From Paramoeba atlantica (taxonomy: Eukaryota; Protista; Discosea): 64,000 nt of DNA. The stretch spans positions 310,001 through 374,000 of the forward strand of contig CDRNVI010000044.1 of assembly GCA_977017575.1 (NCBI GenBank). The letters are read 5' to 3'. The notes below the pieces were generated by a model. It was given only the letters and a program-made list of their open reading frames with translations. It did not search any database and was not told the DNA's origin. This document shows positions 10,642-20,263 of this stretch, one piece after another. How positions within the stretch are numbered: position 1 is the first letter of the stretch; each line of letters starts with the position of its first letter. Position numbers and translations under genes: made by a program.

Positions 10642-11583
10642 ATGTTTCCATCACGGACCCTTAATGCAGAGTACTGTGCATTTCTTGCTCAACAAGAGCT
10701 AGTCACAATCATGCCTCTATTTACTCTTGACTCTATTTCGCTCTTGAGTGGCAATTTTGGTCCTTTTAGACTGCATCACGAGACGTCGGTACCTCTGTGG
10801 CTAGCGCTTCTGCTTCGGAAATCAAAGGTTTGCATAATTCGTCCTCCAGCATGGCTTGGGATTGATTCACTTCAAATTGTATTGCGATACGAAAAGAATA
10901 ATGACAGCTTCTATGCGCTCCCACATTACGCCACAGAGATTACCTCGATGTTACTTAACGAGTGCGAGGAGGATTTCGGCTCGGATCGCGCCGACCTGAT
11001 TGGTAAGCTCGTTGGGGAGATTCTTATTCATCGGTGGACAAAGGTGTTGAGAGATCTTGAAATTTTTCGCACCTCTGGAATTATCACTCCTGGAGTTCGC
11101 GTTACAAACCTCATTGCCTCGGAATTTCGTCGACTACGGCCGATAATGCTTCGAATATTGGATGATGGCGCCGACTTTGAGTTGATGTACCATAAAAACC
11201 TGGAGACGTCATCCGAGAGGAGTTCTACTTTTACTGATCTTTCTCCTACAACCGGCTATACTTTGGGAACGACTCGTGCCACAGATTTTGAAGATCTTGG
11301 GACAAGTGCTACGAAAACAGTTGATTCATCACTGGTTACTCCAATACGAACCAGTACTGAATACGAAGGCTCCAGAGTTGTGTCTACACGCGCAACAACA
11401 TCTGAGGGAGTACTAACGGACTCTGCATCTCGACCGACTGGACATTCTGGAGATAGGCTGCAAGATGAAACTCAACCCTCCAGAAGACGAGATGAGGCGG
11501 AGAACCCATTAGATACTCTTGAGGAGTATACTCCGGTGCGTCCATCACACACTCGCCGAAGACGCACGCTGCGCGACATATAA
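10642..11583 (+). CDS. PSF2: GINS complex subunit Psf2 with a long S/T-rich C-terminal tail
   Basis: FLAQQELVTIMP, GNFGPF, VPLWLALLLRK, IRPPAWL. Confidence 0.9.
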   Translation: MFPSRTLNAEYCAFLAQQELVTIMPLFTLDSISLLSGNFGPFRLHHETSVPLWLALLLRKSKVCIIRPPAWLGIDSLQIVLRYEKNNDSFYALPHYATEITSMLLNECEEDFGSDRADLIGKLVGEILIHRWTKVLRDLEIFRTSGIITPGVRVTNLIASEFRRLRPIMLRILDDGADFELMYHKNLETSSERSSTFTDLSPTTGYTLGTTRATDFEDLGTSATKTVDSSLVTPIRTSTEYEGSRVVSTRATTSEGVLTDSASRPTGHSGDRLQDETQPSRRRDEAENPLDTLEEYTPVRPSHTRRRRTLRDI

Positions 11584-11913
11584 AAGTCATTTTCTATTCT
11601 AGTACGTCGTGTGCGACTTTCGCTTCTCCTATATACCCGAGTTCGGTAGTCAACTTGTTAAAAGGTCTGATGAAATTCGAATCATAAAGCACCTTTTGCG
11701 CAACTAACGACTAATAAAAGCCAAATAAAAATGAAAATGACTATAGTTGCGAAAGTTATTAAAGAAAGTTATTAAAAAAGATTAAAGCTTTAGTTGCAAA
11801 TACATTACAGTAGTTTTAAAATAACTTCGGCTACGTTTTTTTCTAATGTGAACTTCTAAAATGAAGTTCTTTCTAAAATGAAGAACTGTGGGAAAGTGAC
11901 ATAAAGTTAAAAC

Positions 11914-14055
11914 ATGGGGGACAAGTATGAAAATAACGTAAATCCTCCGAGAAACGAGAAGGGCACTGAAAACTCTAATTCTGACCCTGTACAAAACGTA
12001 TCTCGAGATATTTACAATGCGTCAAGTGGAAATGCAAGTTTCGTTTGGAGAAAATTGTTACAAAAGGTCCTATCGAAAGCTCAAGGAGTCGGAAGACTTT
12101 GTGATGACATTCGACAAACACAGGTCAAGTGTCAGCGGCTACAGCTTCTAGAAGAGATTGTCGAGAAAAGAAAGTGCTTCGAAAGCAACTTGCGAACAGC
12201 TGTTGAGGCAATCGACGACAATGATATTGATGTGGCAGCGCTGATGGTGCATCATTGTAAAAAGATGATAGACATTCCGCATGCTCTCGAAATCTACGGA
12301 AGTGACTGCTTGAAACATTTTTCTGATATTTTAGAGAAAGTTAAGTCTGAGGTGCAGATAAATATCTGTGAGTTTACCTTCGATGACGTTGAATTTCTAC
12401 GGCATGCAAATCGGTGGGTCATGTGTGGTCTCCGACTAGAGGTTACGCAGAGATGTATTAATCGAGCCGTTCGTAGAATAAAAGAACAGGTCAAACCTGT
12501 TAATGGCTCCCAAGATCGGGTTTCTGACTCGTCCAAACATATTGTGTTTCGCGAAATAGAGCTAATTTCGAGGGCTTTTTTATTATCTCTTAACGAAGTT
12601 AAACAAACAGGAGAATTGATGAAACACCTTGATGATGACCAAAACTTACCAACACACATCGAAACAACACTTTCTGTTGATGTGTCCAATGTGTCGAATA
12701 TTGACTTTTCGGATAGTTGCTCGTTGTCATTCCGAAAGCATTTCAGGGTTCTTATCGAGGAAATAACAGCCTTTTGTTCGGAGTTTAGTAGAAATCTAAT
12801 ACAAGAAATGCGAAGCTCTATTTTACAACCGAGGACGACGCTTCCTTCAGGTGAAAGCGACCTACAGCTGTTCGATCTTCAGCTGGAAGCGTTATCTCAG
12901 TGCGTAGAATTCTGTCACCGTTACATAAGATACATAACGAAGTGTTGTACTAGCGTTTCGAACAGGGAGAATAGTGAAGACGTGATATTGGCTTTTAATC
13001 AGCCATTACAGGATGTGTTGCAAAATCTTGTCGCTCTTTTTTTATCCGTGCAAAGCGAGTATAACTCTCTTCTATTTCGAGAGACTTCTACCACTGATGA
13101 AGCACTGGCAAAAGTCTTCCTTGATGATGTGAGTTATGTAGTAAGGGTTAGCATCACTAGAGCGATAAGGCGAGGAACTCCTCTGATGATCTGCAGCTCT
13201 TTGAATATCATGATTGATTTTTTACGAGAAACTTTTCTGGGACATATTAAACGTATGTTGGACGAGATTCCAGCGGCAAATGAGAACGAAGGAACTTCAT
13301 GGTTGGGTTATACGGAGCCTACTGATGAGCAAGCTCTCTCGAACAGTATCATCAAGCGTATGCAATGGGCTAATATAGGCGTCCAAGCTGCAGACTATTT
13401 AGCAAAACTTCACGAAAATGTTATTATTGAATGCACGAAACGTGACTTAGAGGCGTCCCAATTTCTCATGTGCAGAGAAATCGCTAACGAGCTGAAGCTG
13501 CTCGGCAATGTTTCTTTTGAAATTGTCCATAAATTCGCTCATCAACTTGCAGCTCATGTTTCAGAAACTTTTCTTCATGGAGGGTTCTTCGAAATTATGG
13601 AATACACGTACGAAATTGCTAAACCACAGATTTCTATTAGCGCGTGGGTCAAAAGCACGATTCAGGCGTGGTCTCGATTTTTTACTCCTTATCGTAAATT
13701 AATGCGGGAGACACTTTTTTCTGCTTTTTTGTATCAATTGTCTTCCGTTGCAGCTCGCTCGATGGAGCAAATTCTTTTGGAAAAGAGATGTAACGGAGTT
13801 GGCGCTGTGCAGCTTGAAAGAGATCTGAACGACCTCATATTATTTCTATCAAGTTTGTCTTCCACACCTGTGCGAGATCAGTTTGGTAAGTGTTTCCAAC
13901 AGCTTTCCTTACTAAACACGCAAAAGCTTCCGGATGTCCTGAGTGTTATACGAGGCGTGCAAAAATGGAAGCTTACCTCGTGGGAAATCATTACTGTTCT
14001 TTCCTGTCGAGTCGAGTATACACAAGAGGATATTCACGCGCTCGAACTTTCATAA
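11914..14055 (+). CDS. COG4: Conserved oligomeric Golgi complex subunit 4 (divergent)
   Basis: C-terminus NGVGAVQLERDLNDLILFL...VRDQF...WKLTSWEIITVLSCRVEY matches the COG4 C-terminal pattern. Confidence 0.75.
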   Translation: MGDKYENNVNPPRNEKGTENSNSDPVQNVSRDIYNASSGNASFVWRKLLQKVLSKAQGVGRLCDDIRQTQVKCQRLQLLEEIVEKRKCFESNLRTAVEAIDDNDIDVAALMVHHCKKMIDIPHALEIYGSDCLKHFSDILEKVKSEVQINICEFTFDDVEFLRHANRWVMCGLRLEVTQRCINRAVRRIKEQVKPVNGSQDRVSDSSKHIVFREIELISRAFLLSLNEVKQTGELMKHLDDDQNLPTHIETTLSVDVSNVSNIDFSDSCSLSFRKHFRVLIEEITAFCSEFSRNLIQEMRSSILQPRTTLPSGESDLQLFDLQLEALSQCVEFCHRYIRYITKCCTSVSNRENSEDVILAFNQPLQDVLQNLVALFLSVQSEYNSLLFRETSTTDEALAKVFLDDVSYVVRVSITRAIRRGTPLMICSSLNIMIDFLRETFLGHIKRMLDEIPAANENEGTSWLGYTEPTDEQALSNSIIKRMQWANIGVQAADYLAKLHENVIIECTKRDLEASQFLMCREIANELKLLGNVSFEIVHKFAHQLAAHVSETFLHGGFFEIMEYTYEIAKPQISISAWVKSTIQAWSRFFTPYRKLMRETLFSAFLYQLSSVAARSMEQILLEKRCNGVGAVQLERDLNDLILFLSSLSSTPVRDQFGKCFQQLSLLNTQKLPDVLSVIRGVQKWKLTSWEIITVLSCRVEYTQEDIHALELS

Positions 14056-14337
14056 TCTCTAAAGCTCTAAAAAAAGTAAAACCAACTTTAATCATTCATC
14101 ACAGCGTTTGTAGCCATATTTATCAAAATACTACCCCATATCCTAGTGTTGCCCCGGTACACCCTTCTTAGCGTTGCATTTTGTTAGCACCCGGAAAAGT
14201 TAGAATAGGGGAGAGTAAAAGAAATGTTTCTTTCTAATTAAGATAGAAATAAACTAAGCTTATTCTGCAGAAAATAGAAAATAATGTTGTTATAAATAGA
14301 ATTGCAGAAAGTCAGTCTTTGTTAAAACTCATTTTTC

Positions 14338-15153
14338 ATGCCCGCGTTTGCCAAAAATAGGTCTTTTTCGCTGTGCTACAACATCTTCGCACATTCTACA
14401 AGACAACATCATAGTAAAGTGTTCACTGAATGTAGTCAACTTGGAACACATGATTGTCGGATACAATTTTTGAGACGTATATCTCCGTGGCACGATATCA
14501 ACCTGCTCTTCCCTGGTTCTAAATTTAGCAGCAATCCAACTCTGCAGTTTGTGAACGAAATACCGAAAGGTTCTTATGCGAAATACGAAATACGAACCCA
14601 GGAGCCACTAAATCCTATTCGACAAGATACCAAGAAAGGAGCCCTACGTTATCTTCGATATCAAAATCAAGGAATTCCTTTTAATTACGGAAGTCTGCCG
14701 CAGACTTGGGAAGGATGTGACGCGACTTCGCTAGGACCGTATACTTTTGAGGGGTTACATGGTGATGGAGACCCCGTTGACGTAGTTGAATTATCTGAAA
14801 CCCCTATGGCGGTTGGAGAAATTCGAAAAATACGAATTATCGGTAGTATTGGGTTGATTGACGAGAACGAGATGGATTGGAAAGTGATTGCTAGGGCCAT
14901 CCCGTGCGATACAGAAGCCAGTGATATATTACGTACCGTTTCACGTGATGAATTGGAAGCAATAAAATCATGGTTTATTAACTACAAAACAATCGATGGT
15001 AAGCCGAAAAACGCTTTGATACGTGAGGGTAAATTCTACGATAGCAACTTTACGCTTCAGATGATTACTCATTCCAACAAATTATACTGTGATCTTTGTG
15101 AACATAAAATTTCCAATACGAAGGGCCTGTGGTTGCCTTCACACGATTACTAA
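14338..15153 (+). CDS. PPA: Family I soluble inorganic pyrophosphatase, possibly with an organellar presequence
   Basis: FVNEIPKGSYAKYEI, NPIRQD, FNYGSLPQTWE, GDGDPVDVVE, IDENEMDWKVI. Confidence 0.93.
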   Translation: MPAFAKNRSFSLCYNIFAHSTRQHHSKVFTECSQLGTHDCRIQFLRRISPWHDINLLFPGSKFSSNPTLQFVNEIPKGSYAKYEIRTQEPLNPIRQDTKKGALRYLRYQNQGIPFNYGSLPQTWEGCDATSLGPYTFEGLHGDGDPVDVVELSETPMAVGEIRKIRIIGSIGLIDENEMDWKVIARAIPCDTEASDILRTVSRDELEAIKSWFINYKTIDGKPKNALIREGKFYDSNFTLQMITHSNKLYCDLCEHKISNTKGLWLPSHDY

Positions 15154-15508
15154 GAAAATACTGAAATTCAAATAAAGAGAAAAATACGAATTTTCGCTTT
15201 CCTACTTCTACCTGATCGTCAGCAAAAGAAACGAGCGAGACACAGAAATCTGAAATTCGTAGCGAATTACTGTCATTTTGCATGTACCTTGTTTTTGTCT
15301 TTCAAATTGCTTATATACAGATATATATCATATATCACATATGGATACATATCATATATATCGAAGAATATTATAATGTTATTAAAACTAAAAAATGATA
15401 AACCAAAAGTCTCGAAGTTTTATGAAAATTTCAAAAAGAAATCTAAAATTCTGCATGCCTTCATCGAGAAGCACACGTTTGAAAATGTTTGCGACTAATT
15501 CGATGTAG

Positions 15509-16168
15509 ATGAAAAAATCACTGTCATCAGAGAGGGCTGAGCACGCTGAGGACGTCGGTACAACCTCTGCACCTTCATTTGTTTGTCGCAGTGGCCAACC
15601 ATGGAACCTCCTTCCAGCCACATTTCGGGCACGTCTCTTGTCCTGCTTCTCTTGGAGGCGTATGCGATTGTGGAATGAGTGCGAATGGCTTGAAAACGCA
15701 GTACGAAATGTACAAGAAATCACTTGCTATGGAGCACCACAATCCGTTTTGTCACCTGCCCAGCTTTACTTGGCTAAATTAGTACAGCTTCAACCTGAGC
15801 CAGAAATCGTTTTAGAATGTCTCCGACAGCCTCATTTTAAATACGTGACCGCTTTGTCAGCAGTTTACGTGAGGCTAGCTTGTGGAGCTGTCGACTGTTG
15901 GGAAATTCTTTCTCCATTTCTAAAAGATTTCCGCCCTTTAAGAGTGAGTATGAAACCTGTCGAATCTGAGGAACGCACGATTACACAGAAATTCGAAAGT
16001 ATCGACGATGAATATTACATGGATACGTTCATCTACGATCTTTTACACGTAGCTGGTCGCTGGAGACTACTTGATATCTCACTCCCACACATTCCGATTG
16101 GCTTGTTCAATGTGGAGAAGGCTTTGGGCAAGCAGTTTATTAATTCTTGTGACGTATTCAGCACGTAG
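15509..16168 (+). CDS. PRP38: Pre-mRNA splicing factor Prp38
   Basis: KLVQLQPEPEIV...HFKYVTALSAVYVRL...PFLKDFRPL...MDTFIYDLL. Confidence 0.8.
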   Translation: MKKSLSSERAEHAEDVGTTSAPSFVCRSGQPWNLLPATFRARLLSCFSWRRMRLWNECEWLENAVRNVQEITCYGAPQSVLSPAQLYLAKLVQLQPEPEIVLECLRQPHFKYVTALSAVYVRLACGAVDCWEILSPFLKDFRPLRVSMKPVESEERTITQKFESIDDEYYMDTFIYDLLHVAGRWRLLDISLPHIPIGLFNVEKALGKQFINSCDVFST

Positions 16169-16458
16169 AGCACAACCAACGTACTGCTTATAGACCTACA
16201 TAGGTCCTTTTCTAGACGATCATTTTACGTTACGATATAATTTTTCTTTCTTCAAAGGATTTCTGATTCACCTTTATTCGACTTGTACGAACTTTGAATT
16301 CGTAAGGTAAGCGGAGGACCTCATTTTTCTCGAGGCTTCAATCGTTCTCGTAAAAACGGTTTTTAAAAAAAGTTTCTCGGAGTTTTTTATTTTTTGCTAC
16401 TACTTCTAGTATTTTAAGTGCCAAATTTTATGAAAACAATAACGCTGTGTAATATCTT

Positions 16459-17367
16459 ATGCACATGTTTTCATCCCTTCGCATCGGCTTCTTTCCCATC
16501 AAACGTCTCCTTTACTTAAACAGCGCCGATGATCAACCTCCTGCAAAACGTCGCAGATACGGCGCAAAGGTCAGGAATATTCTGCTTAGTGATGAGGAGA
16601 CAATGAAGCTGTTCGTACATAATCTTACTTCCGCCCCTGCTAGTTGGAAACGCGATGTATGTCAATGGAAGGGGATTTTTTGCAACAAGGCCAAGGAAAT
16701 AACAAAAATCGACTTTAAAGACACAAGTCTTACCGGAGTTCTCGACTGGAATCACTTTCCTGCTCATGTGACGAGCTTTCGATGCCAGCGTTGGCCAAAC
16801 ACGCCTGGGAAGCTCCGAGGGGAGATTCATACTCATCTGCTTTCTCCGTGTCTTGAACATTTACTACTATGCGCCAATCAGTTTACTGGGCCTTTCGATC
16901 TTACTACACTCCCACATGATATGATAGATCTTTACATCAATCACAATTTGTTCAATGGCCCCGCTGATCTTACTTCTCTGCCCCTTCAGCTTTCACGACT
17001 TTTAGCCACCAAAAACAGATTTGAAGGAACGATCGATCTCACGAGGCTCCCAGAACACCTTACGAAATTGGAGATTGGGCTTAATTTACTGTCAGGATCG
17101 CTAGATCTAACGAGGCTACCCAAAAAACTCTCCAGATTGGAGCTTTGCAAGAATACATTTGAAGGCGCAGTGGAACTGACGTCTCTGTCTTATCCACGAA
17201 TCAACATAGACTTGGGATATAATGCTCTTACAGGCTTCGTAGATCTAAGAGGTGTTCATAAGAAAACGCGCATAGACCTAAGAGGAAATAAGTTCGAGGG
17301 CTACCACGGTATGATACACAACGGCATAGAGCTCGACCAATGTGTGGTACACCAACCAGTGCCGTAA
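16459..17367 (+). CDS. Leucine-rich repeat protein of the type expanded in Perkinsela
   Basis: N-cap DVCQWKGIFC followed by repeats of N-x-F/L-x-G-x-x-DLT-x-LP. Confidence 0.85.
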   Translation: MHMFSSLRIGFFPIKRLLYLNSADDQPPAKRRRYGAKVRNILLSDEETMKLFVHNLTSAPASWKRDVCQWKGIFCNKAKEITKIDFKDTSLTGVLDWNHFPAHVTSFRCQRWPNTPGKLRGEIHTHLLSPCLEHLLLCANQFTGPFDLTTLPHDMIDLYINHNLFNGPADLTSLPLQLSRLLATKNRFEGTIDLTRLPEHLTKLEIGLNLLSGSLDLTRLPKKLSRLELCKNTFEGAVELTSLSYPRINIDLGYNALTGFVDLRGVHKKTRIDLRGNKFEGYHGMIHNGIELDQCVVHQPVP

Positions 17368-17415
17368 GGTAGAAGAAGCATCAGAAGATTTCATGTTTTA
17401 GGAGTGCATATTTTT

Positions 17416-17681
17416 GGGGAAAGTCAAGGAATATTGCATAAGTCAAGGAATACCCCACAACTACCACCTTCCCCCCATTTATCAGGGGTCGCTCGCGCGA
17501 CCCCCACTAAATAGGGGGGAAGGTGGTAGTTGTGGGGTATGGAGGCCTCTCGCAACTCCGGGGCCTCACCGGGTGCAGGACAGAAGTGCGAGGGCTTTAA
17601 TTTCAATGGTTCCTGACTTACGCAATATTTCCTGACTTATGCAATATTCCTTGACTTATGCAATATTCCTTTACTTTGGCC
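17416..17681. mobile_element. 266-bp foldback MITE with MULE-like ends and an 8-9 bp target duplication
   Basis: CATATTTTT at 17407-17415 and CATATTTTC at 17682-17690. 30-bp inverted repeats 17420-17449 / 17648-17677 (1 mismatch) built from 19-bp units. Internal perfect 27-bp stem 17450-17476 / 17514-17540. Confidence 0.7.
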
Positions 17682-17813
17682 CATATTTTCTATAGCCTGA
17701 AATATCATACGAAAAACCTTTACTTCCGGTCGAAAACGCTTCGCGGCGCAATCTTTTTTTTTGAACAATTTTCTACTTTTTTCTTTAAAACGTTAGAGGT
17801 GTGTGTAGAGATA

Positions 17814-18819
17814 CTGTCCCCCCCTACTTATGCGCAACCGTTTGACCCGGCCACTTAAGCGCAATTTTGACGCATCGTTCAGAAGAACAGCGCCGCAAAG
17901 CGGCGCGATTTTTTTTTGTGGTACGAATTTTTGTACCAATTTTCGCCGCTGTTGAAATGGAGAGTCTGCAGGCAGTCCCTTTGGGCGTTGAAAAATGATC
18001 TCCATCGATCTCCTCTGATCCACACTGACCTCCGCCGATCTGTACGGCGAGTCTTTGCATTCTATACTGTACTGTACATCAGAGGAACTCTCCTGCCACG
18101 TACTGTACGCTTTTGAAATGATCAGTGCACCAGCGTGCGGCACCGCCTAGATATAGGGCGGGTAAATATAACGTGGGTAATTGCACTACAAGTGCATGAT
18201 AAACTAAACTTTAATTTATATTTCGGACCCAAGCTCTTAAAAGTCCGTTCTTTTCCTACAATTGATCGGGTGCTCGCGAAAAAGGCACTTACCTCGTGAT
18301 GTGGTCATTCGCGGGCATAAGTAACCATACAAGCGAAGTACTGTACCTCCTCCCTAGTTATCTCTCACACGTCACCCCCTGTCCGACTGATCTTCCAATG
18401 AATCGGTAAACCCTTCGAACCTCGAAAAAATACCTACAGCGTTCGCAACCGGTCGCGATCTGTCGTTACCGATCGAGATTGGTTGCCACCGTTCGACAGC
18501 GAGCTACAGGTACCGTCTGCACCCCCTCCACTGATGGTACTAACGCCGACCAACTACCATTTTCTTTAATTAATTTTAATAAATATAATTATAACTCATT
18601 TTTCCCAGGGCACCCCGCGTACATAACTCATGATTTAAACACGCGTCGCGAAATTTTTTTTTCACCTCTTTTTTTGACCCGGCTACTTATGCGCAATGTT
18701 AGGCCAAAACCTGGTTGCGCTTAAGTGTCACCCCCCCTTTATACTTAGGAAAGTCAGACCCCCCCCTTTATACTTCCAAAAGTACCGAAACCGGTTGAAG
18801 TATAAAGGGGGGGTGACAG
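17814..18819. mobile_element. Composite ~1-kb TA-flanked element with CTGT...ACAG ends
   Basis: TA-CTGTCCCCCCTAC at the left and GGGGGGGTGACAG-TA at the right. CACTTAAGCGCAA inverted near both ends. Sub-element 18725-18819 has perfect 21-bp inverted repeats (18726-18746 / 18798-18818). Confidence 0.5.
18412..18530 (+). repeat. Dispersed repeat family C, copy 1
   Basis: Aligns by eye with the reverse complement of 60327-60444 and partly with 60648-60706. Confidence 0.8.
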
Positions 18820-19239
18820 TAATTGAAAAAAGATTTTCACCTCGGGCCGTGACAATTACTCAAAAATTATCGCAAATATTTCATTCTATCGTTACTCCTC
18901 CATGTCGGCTTGAGGGTTTTTCCGTGATCTCTTTAATCTCGTCTTGTTTTTTCCCCGTTTTAGACAAAGTGTATCTTACTAAACAGATGTATTTTTGTTC
19001 TCATCTCCCCTTATTGCATTCAGAAATAATGATAATGATAATAATAATGATATTCTCTCGGAAAAAATGTTATTATCATTATCATTATTTATGAGAGGGG
19101 GTGTACTCTTCTTTTGATTAATTTTTAGCCAACACATAGCCTGTAAATCTGATAGTCTAGAATTGCTTTTCGAACTGTTCATACATATAAGTATTGCAAT
19201 TGCATATTAAATATAAATATTGCATAATTTAATATTTTA

Positions 19240-19850
19240 GGCTCTTCGTTAAACGCGGTGGTTGTTTTCAACTTAGAAGTCACTCATGCTGCGCGCTTCG
19301 CGTTGAAAAATCCCGCCGCGTTTAACGAAGAGCCTAAAAAAGAAAATTTAGCCTGGAAAACGGAAAGATTATAGCCAAAAATAGCCGAATTTCGGGTACA
19401 AATGGGGTCATTTTCGCATATTTTTGCTCTCAGAGCACTAAATCCGACATTTGCACGTGGGAAATCACTCGCAGGCATGAATGGAAGCCTACCGAACGTA
19501 TTGGGTAGAGAATACGACTCCAACCATACCATTCTTTCGACACAAAAATGCCCCTTTAGGTCCGAAAAATACTTTTTCACCTTTTTTAGTCAAAAATGGG
19601 TCATTTTGAGGGGCGCACCACGGTTCGAAGAAGTGATACCTTGCGAAAACAATTGCGTAGAAAGCTAGTGTAGGTCCCAAACTATCAAAATACAATAGGG
19701 GAAACGATTTTGGAAAAATATTTTTTTTGTCATTTTTTTCGCCAAGTTGAAATTTTTTTCAAAAAAATTTTTCCGAAAAAATCCGAACTTGGCGGACCCG
19801 TCCTGCGGATACGCGGGGGGGTCACCCCCGGGTAGGGGGGTGGAAAATGC
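19240..19850 (+). repeat. Dispersed repeat family B, copy 1, starting with a 95-bp TA-flanked hairpin
   Basis: TA-GGCTCTTCGTTAAACGC...GCGTTTAACGAAGAGCC-TA (19240-19334). The GC-rich far end (19780-19850) matches the reverse complement of 56605-56690. Confidence 0.7.
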
Positions 19851-19926
19851 GCGCCAAGACCCCGGCTACCCTTTCTGCGGTTTCTTTTCGAAAACTAATT
19901 TTTTCGAAAAAATTTGCTCGACCATG

Positions 19927-20011
19927 CCCCCCCCCCTGGACCCCCCCCCTGGACCCCCCCCCCTGGACCCCCCCCTGGACCCCCCCCCTGGACCCCCCCC
20001 ATGGACCCCCC
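19927..20011. repeat. C6-10-TGGA tandem array; G-quadruplex-capable on the minus strand
   Basis: Seven C-runs (10, 9, 10, 8, 9, 8, 6) separated by TGGA or ATGGA. Confidence 0.9.
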
Positions 20012-20263
20012 ATTTTTTTCAATTTTTTTTTTCAGTTTTGGACCACCGGAGCCCCCTTTTATATTTTTTTCTTCTATTATATTACTGTGTTCCTCTTTAT
20101 ATTTTCACTGTTTTTGTTCACTTTTTTTTCAATAATCGAGTGTAGAGCGGTAGTTTTACAACCACCGCAATACTGCACTATTCGTCAATACCTGAACACT
20201 TCCACTTACTTTCTATGTTATCTTTTTTTGATTACTTTATTCACGCATACACCCACGTCACTA

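Noticed and set aside
11702-11720. AACTAACGACTAATAAAAG resembles the start of the spliced-leader exon
   Set aside because: Only the first 8 nt match; there is no CAGTTTCTGTAC core or donor GT, and the context is AT-rich.
17610-17671. CRISPR-like array
   Set aside because: 19-bp units are directly tandem with no spacers, there are no cas genes, the context is eukaryotic, and they belong to a TIR.
19847-20263. 139-aa N-terminal extension of ataxin-2 with PPWT repeats
   Set aside because: Read-through of the C-run array and T-rich splice-acceptor DNA from a non-ATG start; the real start is most likely ATG 20264.
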